Part shown: positions 32,307 to 42,243 of the stretch, in pieces
Numbering within the stretch: the first letter of the stretch is position 1
Layout: every line of letters starts with the position of its first letter
Source of the DNA: Sulfuricurvum sp.
GTDB taxonomy: Bacteria; Campylobacterota; Campylobacteria; Campylobacterales; Sulfurimonadaceae
NCBI RefSeq assembly: GCF_028713855.1
Contig: NZ_JAQTNN010000016.1
Coordinates: 215-64,214, forward strand
Direction: 5' to 3'
DNA: 64,000 nucleotides
The notes under the pieces: generated by a model
What the model saw: the letters and a program-made list of their open reading frames with translations, nothing else
Told to the model about the DNA's origin: nothing
Databases searched by the model: none
Position numbers and translations under genes: made by a program

Positions 32307-34445
32307 CTAAATACTCATGCTGAATGTGATCGAAATCATTTGTGTATCTTGTGGGGATTTATACTTTGCACTACTATTATAGCGTACACCGTAATAATGC
32401 TCGTCAAAGAGGTTATCCACCCTCAAAGCAATTTTTTTATTCTGATCAAACGCGTAGCTGGCAAAAAGGTTAGTAACAAAATGTCCCTCAACCGTTGCGA
32501 ATTGGCCGTTATCATACGGCGCCGCCGCAATCGGGCTTACCCAGATGCATGAAGGGGAGAACCGCCAGTTTTGATACCGTAGTGTTGCACCCGATTTGAG
32601 CACATGCTTGGATTGGTAGGGGAGCTCATAATTATAGGTATCCTCTATTTTTCCATCGATATAACTGTAATTTGCCCAATAGCTCACATCATACCCCGGA
32701 AAATACGAATGCCCCTGATATGAAGCATCTCCGCCATAGACGGTTGCTGAAACCGAATTTGCCGCTCCGACCGCATGAATAATCGTCGTATCAGGGATAA
32801 AATAAATTTTATCCGGTAAATCCTCTTCATTTGAAATAATGTCTTTAACGGTTGCATAGTAGATTGAAAAGCTGAGTTGATCGTTCTGACTCAACAAAAT
32901 GTCTAAATCATACTCGTAGTTTTTGCTTTTTTCGGGCTTCAGATCGGGATTTGCCACCCTGAAACGATCCGTTTGATAAGTATTACCATCCCCCAGGGTA
33001 TTCGGTTGCAACGCATTACCGTAAATCTTGTATTTTTGATAATTCGAAGGGGCCAGATACGCTTGTGCATAGATAAGTTTTTGGGTCACATTATCGGTGG
33101 AGTAAAGCAGAGCAAAACGGGGGTTAAACGTCGAACCGTACGAAGAGCTATGATCGTAACGCCCCGCGAGAGAGAATTGTAAATCATCATCCAATCGTAT
33201 CTGATCTTGGAGATAGATCGCCTGATTATTCCACTGGATATGATAAATCGGCGCTTCGATATTTGATCCGGCGAAATAAATAGGGCCAGTGACAGAGGGA
33301 GCAGCTAAATCAACCGTCATCGGAGTAGATTTAAATGATTCGTACGACATTCCGAAAATAAGGTTATGCTTCTCGAAATTTTTATTCAACGTCTCCTCCG
33401 CCGCGTACCTTTGGGAATAGGAGTATTTGTATCCCGGAACATACGACGTGTATTTATTGATAAAATAACTATCTTTCAGCAACTCTGTGGAATCATAGCT
33501 CAGCGTGGTCGTTGATTGCACATCATCCAAAATTTTACCGCTGTATCGTCCGAAATAACCGAATAATTCCGTATTTAAATTGGAGTTATTGTCGTAAAGG
33601 TTACTCTTCGAGTTCCCTCCGTTCATAGCAATCAAGGTCGATTCAGACGAATAGCGGTAGTTTATCCCCATGTCAAACCCTCCGTTTTCATACCGTGCAC
33701 CAACCGATTTGGTGATAGTGGGCTGAAAATCGAACTCTCTATCCTGTGCGCTTTGGATAACACTCGATCCGAGAGTGACATCTTGTCTTAAAAAATCATT
33801 AGGGTACTCTTTTTCAAAATCATAATCTTGATCATGATGATAATGGGCTTTCAGCGTTAACATCCCTTTGTACAATGGTAAAGATTTAACGCCGTACAGA
33901 TAGTTGTACCCTTTTTTACCCCCCGTGACGCTCAACTCATCTTTCGGCGCCTTTGAACTAATAAGATTGATTACCCCACTCATCGCATCCGCACCGTAAA
34001 CAACCGATGCTGGACCGTACAAAACTTCCACCCGTTCGATTCCAAACAGCGGATACTGCATCGAGTGGCTAAGAATTTCTCCGTCTGTCTGATCGATCTC
34101 TATTCCGTCTTGGAGCACTTTAAAATAGTTTGTCCCCATAACCCCACGAATGCCGATCTGATTCAAAATACCGCTATCGGCATAACGCATCACTTGAAAT
34201 CCGGGGAGATCACCTAAAAGCTCATCCAGGCCTCGATAACCGCGATCTTCGATTTGTTCTTTCGAAACAACAACCATTTTGGCAGGGGTAAAGTTCAAAC
34301 TTTGCACTGATTTGGAAGCCGAAGTCACTTTTAGCTGTTGCAAATCATACAAATCGAGTCCAAAAACATCATCCATCAAATCGATTTTATATTCATTGCC
34401 ACCCAGCAATGAAGCTGCAGCGATGAGAGACAAAAGAAGCTTCAT
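32307..34445 (-). CDS. TonB-dependent receptor
   Basis: LQQLKVTSASK N-terminal motif, IERVEVLYGPASVVYGADAMSGVINLIS, VDNLFDEHY. Confidence 0.93.
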   Translation of the reverse strand: MKLLLSLIAAASLLGGNEYKIDLMDDVFGLDLYDLQQLKVTSASKSVQSLNFTPAKMVVVSKEQIEDRGYRGLDELLGDLPGFQVMRYADSGILNQIGIRGVMGTNYFKVLQDGIEIDQTDGEILSHSMQYPLFGIERVEVLYGPASVVYGADAMSGVINLISSKAPKDELSVTGGKKGYNYLYGVKSLPLYKGMLTLKAHYHHDQDYDFEKEYPNDFLRQDVTLGSSVIQSAQDREFDFQPTITKSVGARYENGGFDMGINYRYSSESTLIAMNGGNSKSNLYDNNSNLNTELFGYFGRYSGKILDDVQSTTTLSYDSTELLKDSYFINKYTSYVPGYKYSYSQRYAAEETLNKNFEKHNLIFGMSYESFKSTPMTVDLAAPSVTGPIYFAGSNIEAPIYHIQWNNQAIYLQDQIRLDDDLQFSLAGRYDHSSSYGSTFNPRFALLYSTDNVTQKLIYAQAYLAPSNYQKYKIYGNALQPNTLGDGNTYQTDRFRVANPDLKPEKSKNYEYDLDILLSQNDQLSFSIYYATVKDIISNEEDLPDKIYFIPDTTIIHAVGAANSVSATVYGGDASYQGHSYFPGYDVSYWANYSYIDGKIEDTYNYELPYQSKHVLKSGATLRYQNWRFSPSCIWVSPIAAAPYDNGQFATVEGHFVTNLFASYAFDQNKKIALRVDNLFDEHYYGVRYNSSAKYKSPQDTQMISITFSMSI

Positions 34446-34619
34446 TAATGCACCATTCTCCTATAATTTCTAGTAGAGTATCTAGTATTAAGGATACTAT
34501 TTTATTCCTTAAAGACATTTATCAACAGGATGGCTAAAACAGTGTTGTTTAACATCTATAAGCATGTAACTTATGCCGTATAAAAAAATAAATAATTCTT
34601 ATTTGTTTACCAATTTGAT

Positions 34620-34790
34620 TCATACTTCTTTTACCCAATGATCATAGCCGATCAAAAGGGCTTGATTCTCAAACTCCTTAAGCTTGGCTCTTTCCTTCTC
34701 GTCAATCGAAAGAGCATTTTCATCCCGAATTTCTCATATTTGAAACCATTAAAAAGCACAATGTTACGGTAAAGAATAAAGCAATATTTT
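34620..34790 (-). pseudogene. Possible frameshifted gene remnant just 3' of tRNA-Ser
   Basis: Start-less open frame 34733-34620 (EIRDENALSIDEKERAKLKEFENQALLIGYDHWVKEV*) joins YCFILYRNIVLFNGFKYE after a 1-nt shift. Confidence 0.3.
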
Positions 34791-34850
34791 ATTTTATTGA
34801 AAAGAAAGTACTGAGTAGGTTAAATGTCATAGTTAAGGGGGTTGGATAGA

Positions 34851-34938
34851 TGGCGGACAGCTAGGGGTTCGAACCCTAGATAGGTTGCCCTATACACGCG
34901 TTCCAGGCGTGCGCCTTCGACCACTCGGCCAGCTGTCC
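34851..34938 (-). tRNA. tRNA-Ser(GGA)
   Basis: GGACAGC/GCTGTCC acceptor stem, CACGC-CTGGAAC-GCGTG anticodon arm, long variable arm, GTTCGAACC T-loop, encoded CCA. Confidence 0.97.
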
Positions 34939-34986
34939 ATTAAAGTGAGCGTGAAATTGTACCTAATATAGCTTAAGGGTTAGCTT

Positions 34987-35424
34987 TCAAATCCCATAAC
35001 CACGCTTAGGCGGTTTTTTGCGTGCTTGCTCGTTACTCCAGCGGCTATTGATATGCTTGAGCCATGCCAGAAAAATCCCGACTAGGATCGACACCGCACA
35101 AACTTCATATCCGATAGCCCAGATAACGGCAAAAGAGGTTAAGTTAAACTGTAAAAAATATTCGTAACTTGCTTCGGCTACAAATAAATATAAAAATGTT
35201 AATCCTGCCAGATAAGGAATCGTTATCAAATAAAGAGCTAAGACAATTCCCTCATACCCTTCAGGAGAGAAAACAAAATCACGATAATCAAGTGATTTTT
35301 TAAAAAAATCACTTTCTATCTGACGTCGCACTTTGAGATTTTCTCTCTGGTATGTTTTAGCACTGTCTCGTGCACTATCTGAGATCAATGCTGACTGTAC
35401 CCGTTTCTCTTTATTTGCATTCAT
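34987..35424 (-). CDS. Hypothetical membrane protein (2 TM)
   Basis: 145 aa, RBS aaggta, two hydrophobic segments. Confidence 0.7.
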   Translation of the reverse strand: MNANKEKRVQSALISDSARDSAKTYQRENLKVRRQIESDFFKKSLDYRDFVFSPEGYEGIVLALYLITIPYLAGLTFLYLFVAEASYEYFLQFNLTSFAVIWAIGYEVCAVSILVGIFLAWLKHINSRWSNEQARKKPPKRGYGI

Positions 35425-35684
35425 AATTGATTACCTTACGTTAGACGCGTGATGATAAATTATATCTTGTTTTATAAAAAATGTCGGTGGATTGAAAAAA
35501 GAATTATGCGATAATTAAAATTTATAGATAACCGAAACACGAAGGATATGTATTTCGGTCAAACTATCGAAGGAGAATCGAACCACCATTGTAGAAAAGA
35601 AGTGTTAATTTTGTGTAAAAAAATATTATTTTTGAATGACCATTAGATTGATATAATGCCATTAAACTATTCAAAAGGGTTTAA

Positions 35685-36785
35685 GTGCTCCCAAATCAAC
35701 GTTTTTACTCCATCAGTGACGATTTTCGCTCCCCCTACGCCCGAGACCGAGACCGTATTATCCATTCAGGGAGTTTTCGACGACTTGAGTACAAAACACA
35801 AGTTTTTTTAAATTCACAAGGAGATTTTTTTCGTACCCGTCTCACCCACAGCATCGAAGTAAGCCAAATCGCCCGCTCTATTGCATCGCATCTAGGGTTA
35901 GAAGAATCGCTCGCCGAGAGTATCGCCCTCTCACATGATTTGGGACATACACCCTTCGGACACATCGGTGGGGATACTCTCGATGAGTGTTTACGCGAAC
36001 GTGGATTTAAAAGCGGATTCGAGCACAATTTTCAGAGCTTTCGGGTCGTAACCAAACTCGAACAGCGTTATAAGGCATTTTTAGGGCTGAATCTCACCTA
36101 CGCAACATTAGAGGGGATTTTAAAACACTCCTATCCGTATAACAAACCGTTTTTACCCGATGAGATACGAGAATCTTTTGCCCTCGATACCCACCCCAGC
36201 ATCGAAGCGATGATTGTCGATCGTGCCGATGAGATTGCCTACATCAGCCACGACATCGATGATGGAGTCGCTTCGGGGCTCATCAGTTTTGATACTTTGA
36301 AATCCTCTGAGCTGATCCAAACTATTTTAGAAAAAGTTTACGAAGAAGGTATCCACGAGGACGAGGACGAAATGTTCCGCTACCGGTTCAGCTCCCATCT
36401 AATCAACCATCTCGTTTATTCACTCCTCGAATACGCCCGAGACAAAATCGATAACACACGTGTGTTAGCCTCCGTTATACCTGCGTCAGAAGCGATTGTA
36501 GTCGGATTTGAACCTGAGCTTGAAACCCAAATCAAAAAACTCAAAAAACTCCTTTATCAGGAACTTTATCAACACAAACACATTATGCGCAAGATGTTTG
36601 CCGGAAAACAAGCGATTATCGGTCTCTTTAACGCCCTGATGGAAGAACCGAAGATGCTGCCGCGTTATTATCTCGAACAGTGTGATAGACGTAATCCCCA
36701 CCGTGTTATCAGCGACTACATCGCCAGCATGTCGGATCGATATGCTATGGAATTGTATAATGAACTGTATGGGAGAGAGGGGTAG
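35685..36785 (+). CDS. dgt: dGTP triphosphohydrolase-like HD protein
   Basis: RDRDRIIHSGSFRRLEYKTQV, RTRLTHS, HDLGHTPFGH, ADEIAYISHDIDD, DYIASMSD. Confidence 0.92.
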   Translation: MLPNQRFYSISDDFRSPYARDRDRIIHSGSFRRLEYKTQVFLNSQGDFFRTRLTHSIEVSQIARSIASHLGLEESLAESIALSHDLGHTPFGHIGGDTLDECLRERGFKSGFEHNFQSFRVVTKLEQRYKAFLGLNLTYATLEGILKHSYPYNKPFLPDEIRESFALDTHPSIEAMIVDRADEIAYISHDIDDGVASGLISFDTLKSSELIQTILEKVYEEGIHEDEDEMFRYRFSSHLINHLVYSLLEYARDKIDNTRVLASVIPASEAIVVGFEPELETQIKKLKKLLYQELYQHKHIMRKMFAGKQAIIGLFNALMEEPKMLPRYYLEQCDRRNPHRVISDYIASMSDRYAMELYNELYGREG

Positions 36786-36864
36786 ATTTCTGACAATATG
36801 CAATAAAAAATAGCTACTTATTTTATTCAAGTTATCCTATTGCATATTACTCATCGGAGTCCAT

Positions 36865-37422
36865 ATGGATACACTTATTATCGAACCCATTCGAGAAAAA
36901 ATCTACCATCTGCGTAATACTGAAATTATGTTAGACTCCGATATAGCCGAGCTGTACGGTGTAGAAACCAAACGGATTAACGAAGCTGTTAAAAATAATC
37001 CTGAAAAATTTCCTAATGACTTTATGCTTGAACTGACCGATGATGAGTTTGAAAACTTGAAGTCGAAAATTTCGACCTCAAGTTGGGGTGGGCGTAGACA
37101 TCTGCCGAAAGCCTTTACAGAACAAGGTGTTTATATGCTTGCCACTGTACTAAAAAGCCAAAAAGCAACAAATGTCACAATCTCAATCATGCGTACTTTT
37201 ACCAAAATTCGTCGCTATGCGCTGGAACATGGGGAGTTACTTGAACAAATCCATGAATTAAAAAAAGAAACCGCAAAACACAAAGAGTGGACGAAAGATA
37301 AACTAACCGCCGTAGCCGATACGATAATTATGCTCGAAGATTCACTAGGTGCTCTCGAAGAGATGATTTTAGATATAAAGTCGGCGAAAGAGGTGGAGAC
37401 GATAGGGTTTTTGAGGAATTAG
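36865..37422 (+). CDS. ORF6N domain protein (phage antirepressor-like DNA-binding domain)
   Basis: MLDSDIAELYGVETKRINEAVKNNPEKFPNDFM, PKAFTEQGVYMLATVL. Confidence 0.92.
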   Translation: MDTLIIEPIREKIYHLRNTEIMLDSDIAELYGVETKRINEAVKNNPEKFPNDFMLELTDDEFENLKSKISTSSWGGRRHLPKAFTEQGVYMLATVLKSQKATNVTISIMRTFTKIRRYALEHGELLEQIHELKKETAKHKEWTKDKLTAVADTIIMLEDSLGALEEMILDIKSAKEVETIGFLRN

Positions 37423-37471
37423 CAAAACCTAGCGAGATGGGTGGATATAACTGAAAAGTGAAAAGTTCATA

Positions 37472-37495
37472 GTTCGACAAGCTCACTACGAACGG
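37472..37495. repeat. REP-like palindromic motif GTTCGACAAGCTCACTACGAACGG
   Basis: GTTCG..CGAAC stem; resembles from memory the dispersed TTCGACAAGCTCA repeats of many bacteria; one copy seen here. Confidence 0.4.
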
Positions 37496-37508
37496 ATATA
37501 ATACCCCC

Positions 37509-38729
37509 ATGAAAAAGATAGCAATTATCGGCGGCGGTGCAAGCGGACTTATGGCGGCGCTTTTTGCCGCACGCTCCGGTGCGGATGTCACCATCTATGA
37601 ACACAACTCCGGTGTTGGAAAAAAGATATTGGCTTCTGGTAACGGACGGTGCAATATTATCAATACGACATCCTCTGCCGATGATTACGCAGGGGCTGAT
37701 CCCCATTTTGTCACCTATGCACTCAAACAACTCTCATTCGGCTATTTTGAAAAGTTTTGTAGCTCTATCGGATTGATTCTCGAGATTAAAGAAGACGGAC
37801 GATGTTATCCACTCTCCAATGAAGCCAAATCGGTATTGATCGCGCTTAAAAGTGCGGTGAGCGAAGCGAGGGTACATATCTGCACTGACACTTCGGTGCG
37901 TTCCATCTCAAAAAAAGATACTCACTTTATCGTCGAAACCAATAGTGGGAAAAGTGTTTATGATAAGGTGCTGATTGCAACAGGTTCTGAGGCAGCTCCT
38001 CAACTGGGAGCAACTGCGGACGGATATAACTTCGCCAAAAAATTCGGTCATGAAATTCTTCCGACCTATCCCTCTTTAGTACAGCTTCATTTGAACTCTA
38101 AAAATCACCACAAAATGGCGGGAGTCAAAACGACAGCCGAAGTAACCCTCATCATCGATGGCAAATCCAAAGAAAAAATCCAAGGGGATATTCTGTTTGC
38201 TGCGTACGGCATTTCGGGACTGGCGATCCTCGACATCAGCCAGAAAGCTTCGTATGCCCTCCATAACAAACAACGCGTTAGTATAGCCCTCAATCTACTC
38301 CCGCGCTATGATAGAGCGACCCTTGCTAATGTGATCGAAAAACTGTTTGCTTCCGTTCCAAAACATGACGTTCATACCGCACTTTGCGGCATCATCCCTG
38401 CTAAAATTACAACCTATCTCCTCGAAGATGCCGCTGTTCCTCTAAGCACTACCGTATCTGCTCTAAATCCCAAAGAGATCAAAAAAATCGCCCACTTGAT
38501 CGGAGAATGGAAATTTGAGGTGAATGACACCCACGGATTCAAACATGCCGAAGTGAGCGGCGGCGGGGTCAGTACGGCACAGATCAGTAACAAAACGATG
38601 GAATCAAAATTGGTAGAGGGGCTTTATTTTGCCGGAGAAGTTCTCGATATTGTCGGAAAACGTGGGGGATATAATTTTAACTTTGCGTGGGCTAGCGGTA
38701 TGATTGCGGGAAAAGAGATGGCGAAGTAA
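37509..38729 (+). CDS. HI0933/YhiN-family FAD-dependent oxidoreductase
   Basis: IIGGGASG, GKKILASGNGRCN, AEVSGGGV, GEVLDIVGKRGGYNFNFAWASG. Confidence 0.93.
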   Translation: MKKIAIIGGGASGLMAALFAARSGADVTIYEHNSGVGKKILASGNGRCNIINTTSSADDYAGADPHFVTYALKQLSFGYFEKFCSSIGLILEIKEDGRCYPLSNEAKSVLIALKSAVSEARVHICTDTSVRSISKKDTHFIVETNSGKSVYDKVLIATGSEAAPQLGATADGYNFAKKFGHEILPTYPSLVQLHLNSKNHHKMAGVKTTAEVTLIIDGKSKEKIQGDILFAAYGISGLAILDISQKASYALHNKQRVSIALNLLPRYDRATLANVIEKLFASVPKHDVHTALCGIIPAKITTYLLEDAAVPLSTTVSALNPKEIKKIAHLIGEWKFEVNDTHGFKHAEVSGGGVSTAQISNKTMESKLVEGLYFAGEVLDIVGKRGGYNFNFAWASGMIAGKEMAK

Positions 38730-38747
38730 GCGCGCAAGCGCTCTTAC

Positions 38748-40553
38748 TTACTTCTTAGCGCCGTAACGTTTACGATCACTAGGATCTAACCAACGTTTAC
38801 GGATACGGATACTAATCGGTGTAACTTCGAGAAGTTCATCGTCTTCGATCCACTCTAATGCACGCTCAAGGTTCATATCACGTGGTGGAACGAGTTTAAT
38901 CGCTTCATCGGCACCTGATGAACGGACGTTTGATTGTGCTTTCCCTTTGATCGGGTTAACATCGAGGTCATTGGTACGGCTGTGTTCACCGATAATCATC
39001 CCTTTGTATACTTTTGTTTGTGGGTTGACAAACAATACACCGCGATCTTGTAGGTTGAACAATGAGTACGCTAAGGCAACACCGTCTTCCATAGAGATAA
39101 GTGCTCCGTATTGGCGGCTCTCAACAGAACCGGTATAAGGGCGGAATTCCAAGAATGAGTGGTTCATAACCCCTTCACCTTTGGTATCGGTCAAGAACTG
39201 ACCACGGAAACCGATCAAACCACGTGCAGGGATTTCGAACTCTACGCGAGTAAAGCCCTCACCCATTGGTACCATCGCTGTCATTTCCGCTTTACGACGG
39301 CCAAGACGCTCGATGATCGTACCTGCATTTTCAGCCGGAAGGTCAACAACAAGGTGCTCGAACGGTTCACATTTAACCCCTTCGATCTCTTTTACGATAA
39401 CTTCAGGACGTCCGATACCGAACTCAAAACCTTCACGACGCATATTTTCTGCAAGAATCGTAATTTGAAGCTCACCACGACCGGAAACGATAAATTTACC
39501 TTCTCCGACCGTTTCGTAACGCATAGCAACGTTGGTGTTCATCTCAGCATCAAGACGCTCACGGATTTTGTTTGCCGTAACGTGTTTACCCTCTTGACCT
39601 GCAAGCGGAGAGTCATTAACCGAGAAAACAACGGTCAATGTAGGCTCTTCGATGTGCATAGGGTCGAGTGGCATAGGATTTTGCGGGTCACAGATAGTAT
39701 CCCCAACATCTACGGTTTCGATACCGGCAACAGCAACGATATCACCCGCTTCCGCTTCTTGGATCTCCATACGGTTAAGTCCGAGGAATCCGATCAATTT
39801 AGAAATTTTACCTTTGACCATTTCACCGTCAGCTTTTGCAAGGAGGATGTTATCCCCTTTTGCAATTTTACCGTTGAAAATACGGGCAATACCGATTTTA
39901 CCTACGTAGTTATCGTAGTCGAGTGTGAAAACTTGCAACTGAGTAGAGTTTCCTGCATCACCGGTAGGCTCAGGTACTTTGTCCAAGATAGTATCAAACA
40001 AACATTTGAAATCGCCATCCGGCTCAGACATGTCCATTTTCGCGATACCATCACGCGCCGCAGCGTAAACGATCGGGAAATCGAGTTGATCTTCGGTCGC
40101 ATCCATCGCTACGAAGAGGTCGAATACTTCATCTACTACACGCTCAGGATCAGCGGAAGGTTTGTCGATTTTGTTAATAACAACGATTGGCTTGATTCCA
40201 AGCGCAAGCATTTTTTTAACAACGAATTTCGTTTGAGGCATAACACCTTCATACGCATCAACAAGGATCAAAGCCCCGTCAACCATTTTCAAAACACGCT
40301 CAACTTCTCCACCGAAGTCGGCGTGGCCCGGAGTGTCGATAATGTTAATTTTGTGATCGCCGTAGCGAACTGCAGTGTTTTTCGAGAGAATGGTGATTCC
40401 GCGCTCTTTTTCAAGGGCGTTAGAGTCCATCGCTCTTTCATTCACTTGTTCGTGGCTTCCATAGGTTCCAGATTGCTTGAGCAACCCGTCAACAAGAGTC
40501 GTTTTACCGTGGTCAACGTGCGCGATTACGGCGATGTTACGAATTTTTTGCAT
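38748..40553 (-). CDS. typA: Translational GTPase TypA/BipA
   Basis: [43 protein letters not shown]. Confidence 0.98.
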   Translation of the reverse strand: MQKIRNIAVIAHVDHGKTTLVDGLLKQSGTYGSHEQVNERAMDSNALEKERGITILSKNTAVRYGDHKINIIDTPGHADFGGEVERVLKMVDGALILVDAYEGVMPQTKFVVKKMLALGIKPIVVINKIDKPSADPERVVDEVFDLFVAMDATEDQLDFPIVYAAARDGIAKMDMSEPDGDFKCLFDTILDKVPEPTGDAGNSTQLQVFTLDYDNYVGKIGIARIFNGKIAKGDNILLAKADGEMVKGKISKLIGFLGLNRMEIQEAEAGDIVAVAGIETVDVGDTICDPQNPMPLDPMHIEEPTLTVVFSVNDSPLAGQEGKHVTANKIRERLDAEMNTNVAMRYETVGEGKFIVSGRGELQITILAENMRREGFEFGIGRPEVIVKEIEGVKCEPFEHLVVDLPAENAGTIIERLGRRKAEMTAMVPMGEGFTRVEFEIPARGLIGFRGQFLTDTKGEGVMNHSFLEFRPYTGSVESRQYGALISMEDGVALAYSLFNLQDRGVLFVNPQTKVYKGMIIGEHSRTNDLDVNPIKGKAQSNVRSSGADEAIKLVPPRDMNLERALEWIEDDELLEVTPISIRIRKRWLDPSDRKRYGAKK

Positions 40554-40661
40554 TGCTGTCCTTTAAAATGAGGGCAAAGATTTTCGCGGATTATACCTTT
40601 TTTTATGTTAAGCATACTTTAAGCCATTTTTTTATTGTTACACTTTAGTTACTCCAATATA

Positions 40662-40678
40662 TGGAATATTTTTTGCTT
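40662..40678 (+). promoter_or_regulatory. Sigma54 (-24/-12) promoter of fliK-flgD-flgE
   Basis: TGGAATATTTTTTGCTT, GG-N10-GC. Confidence 0.8.
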
Positions 40679-40735
40679 TGCATATTTACTTATACTATAA
40701 AGCGTGTTCGGCATATACACAAACAAGGATCATTG

Positions 40736-42223
40736 ATGATCATTCAAAGCAAAGAGGTTCAAGCCAAAACATCACTGATTGATTTATTGGGGGGGAATTC
40801 AAAGTCCTCAACAACCAAATCAAGTGATCTGTTTTCAAAGCTATTGGCGACATTGAGCAATACTCAGCAAACCCATGATTTCAAAGCGATAATCGATCCA
40901 AAAAACGCATCCCTTAAAACAACCAAATCCTCTGCATCGACCCAAGAGCTGCAAACCCTTTTACTCGGAGGAGAGCAAAAAGATTCAACTCTGTTTTCCA
41001 AAGAATTAATAAGTACCCTCTCAAATGATCAGGTGCGAACCCTCATCAATCGGGCAAAAGAGTATCTGAAAAATGAGATTACTGCGAAAAATCCCGAATA
41101 CCACAATAATGAAATCAAATCTCTCCCGAAAACATTGGCAGGATTAGTGAAACTGGCTGAGAAACTGGGATTGGATCCCCAATCAATCACCCTCTCCGTA
41201 TTAAAAAATGATTCAGCCGAGCAAACTATTTTTACCCCTGAATCACTTTCCAAACCTCTGTTTGACACCAAGGCTATCACTCAACTCTCTATAATGCCAA
41301 AAGAACCAAGTCCTTTTGAATCGATAATTCAGCTCATCAGTGAATTGAAATCCAACGAGCCAAAAGAGACCAAAGTTCCTGCAACTACTGCATCAACCGC
41401 AGCGTCAACGGCACTATCTGCTGCAGCATCAACTACAATACCAGCGGCAGCATCAACTACAATACCAGCGGCAGCATCAACTACGGTATCGGCACCATCG
41501 GCTAAAGAAACAGCCGAGAAAATTGAAACCCAACCGCTAAAAGCGCTACTGCAGCATCTCGATAAACGTGAAGCCCCGACATTGGTGTCTACCCTTCCTG
41601 TCGAAGAGATAAAAACTCCCGATGTAAAACCGCTCGTTGCGGCCATAACATCTAAAACAGACACCCTTATCGCTCTTCTTCAAGGCGAAGGCGACCTAAA
41701 AGACTCAAAAGCAGATCGTCTCAATGTATCAAAAACCGATGCCGAGTCTCCCCGAACGATGCATGCCCCTAAGGCCGACTCGATTGAAGTAAAATCCAAA
41801 GAAGCCCAGCAAAGCATGCGACTTTTTGCAAGTGACCTTAAAGAAGCGGTACAAGAGTACAAACCCCCATTCACACGCCTTACCATGAAATTAAATCCGG
41901 AGAAGCTCGGCGAAGTAGAAGTTACTCTCGTGCAGCGGGGAAACAATGTCCATGTCAATATTCAGTCGAATAATACCAACAGTGTCGCCTTTTTAGCTCA
42001 CAACGCTACCGAACTCAAAACGCAGCTGGCCAATCAGGGGATTGCTAACGCCACTATGAATTTTATGTCCGGAGGCGAGGGGCAAACCAATCAGCAGACA
42101 TCGCAGCAAAAACAACAAGAACAGCAACAAAACCGTTTCCGTGCCTATGAGTCGCTCAACGATCTTGAGCTAAACAATGAGCAGTTATCGGCTCTTGAAA
42201 TCATTATTCCGCATTACGCGTAA
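40736..42223 (+). CDS. fliK: Flagellar hook-length control protein
   Basis: Low-complexity middle; C-terminal MKLNPEKLGEVEVTL..ELKTQLANQG; upstream of flgD; start set at MIIQSK. Confidence 0.9.
   Translation: MIIQSKEVQAKTSLIDLLGGNSKSSTTKSSDLFSKLLATLSNTQQTHDFKAIIDPKNASLKTTKSSASTQELQTLLLGGEQKDSTLFSKELISTLSNDQVRTLINRAKEYLKNEITAKNPEYHNNEIKSLPKTLAGLVKLAEKLGLDPQSITLSVLKNDSAEQTIFTPESLSKPLFDTKAITQLSIMPKEPSPFESIIQLISELKSNEPKETKVPATTASTAASTALSAAASTTIPAAASTTIPAAASTTVSAPSAKETAEKIETQPLKALLQHLDKREAPTLVSTLPVEEIKTPDVKPLVAAITSKTDTLIALLQGEGDLKDSKADRLNVSKTDAESPRTMHAPKADSIEVKSKEAQQSMRLFASDLKEAVQEYKPPFTRLTMKLNPEKLGEVEVTLVQRGNNVHVNIQSNNTNSVAFLAHNATELKTQLANQGIANATMNFMSGGEGQTNQQTSQQKQQEQQQNRFRAYESLNDLELNNEQLSALEIIIPHYA
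41423..41484 (+). repeat. 24-bp in-frame tandem repeat (2.6 copies) in fliK
   Basis: gcagcatcaactacaataccagcg x2 plus gcagcatcaactac; encodes AASTTIPA. Confidence 0.9.
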
Positions 42224-42243
42224 ACCCAACCAAGGAGCATATC

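Noticed and set aside
34851-34880. att-site duplication of the tRNA-Ser 3' end defining an island
   Set aside because: No second copy or integrase was seen in the window.
35548-35646. 32-aa ORF MYFGQTIEGESNHHCRKEVLILCKKILFLNDH upstream of dgt
   Set aside because: The SD-like sequence is only 1 nt from the ATG and the ORF runs over the dgt promoter; no supporting features.
35685-36785. dGTPase as an antiphage system
   Set aside because: Host-like composition, housekeeping context and no defence neighbours; most likely the resident enzyme.
38725-38748. GNRA hairpins such as agcgc-gcaa-gcgct, tccgc-ttcg-gcgga (4719) and cgctaa-tgcg-ttagcg (46235) as ncRNAs
   Set aside because: Their positions at gene ends fit ordinary terminators.
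39159-40571. 470-aa plus-strand ORF
   Set aside because: Antisense shadow of typA with no recognisable motifs.
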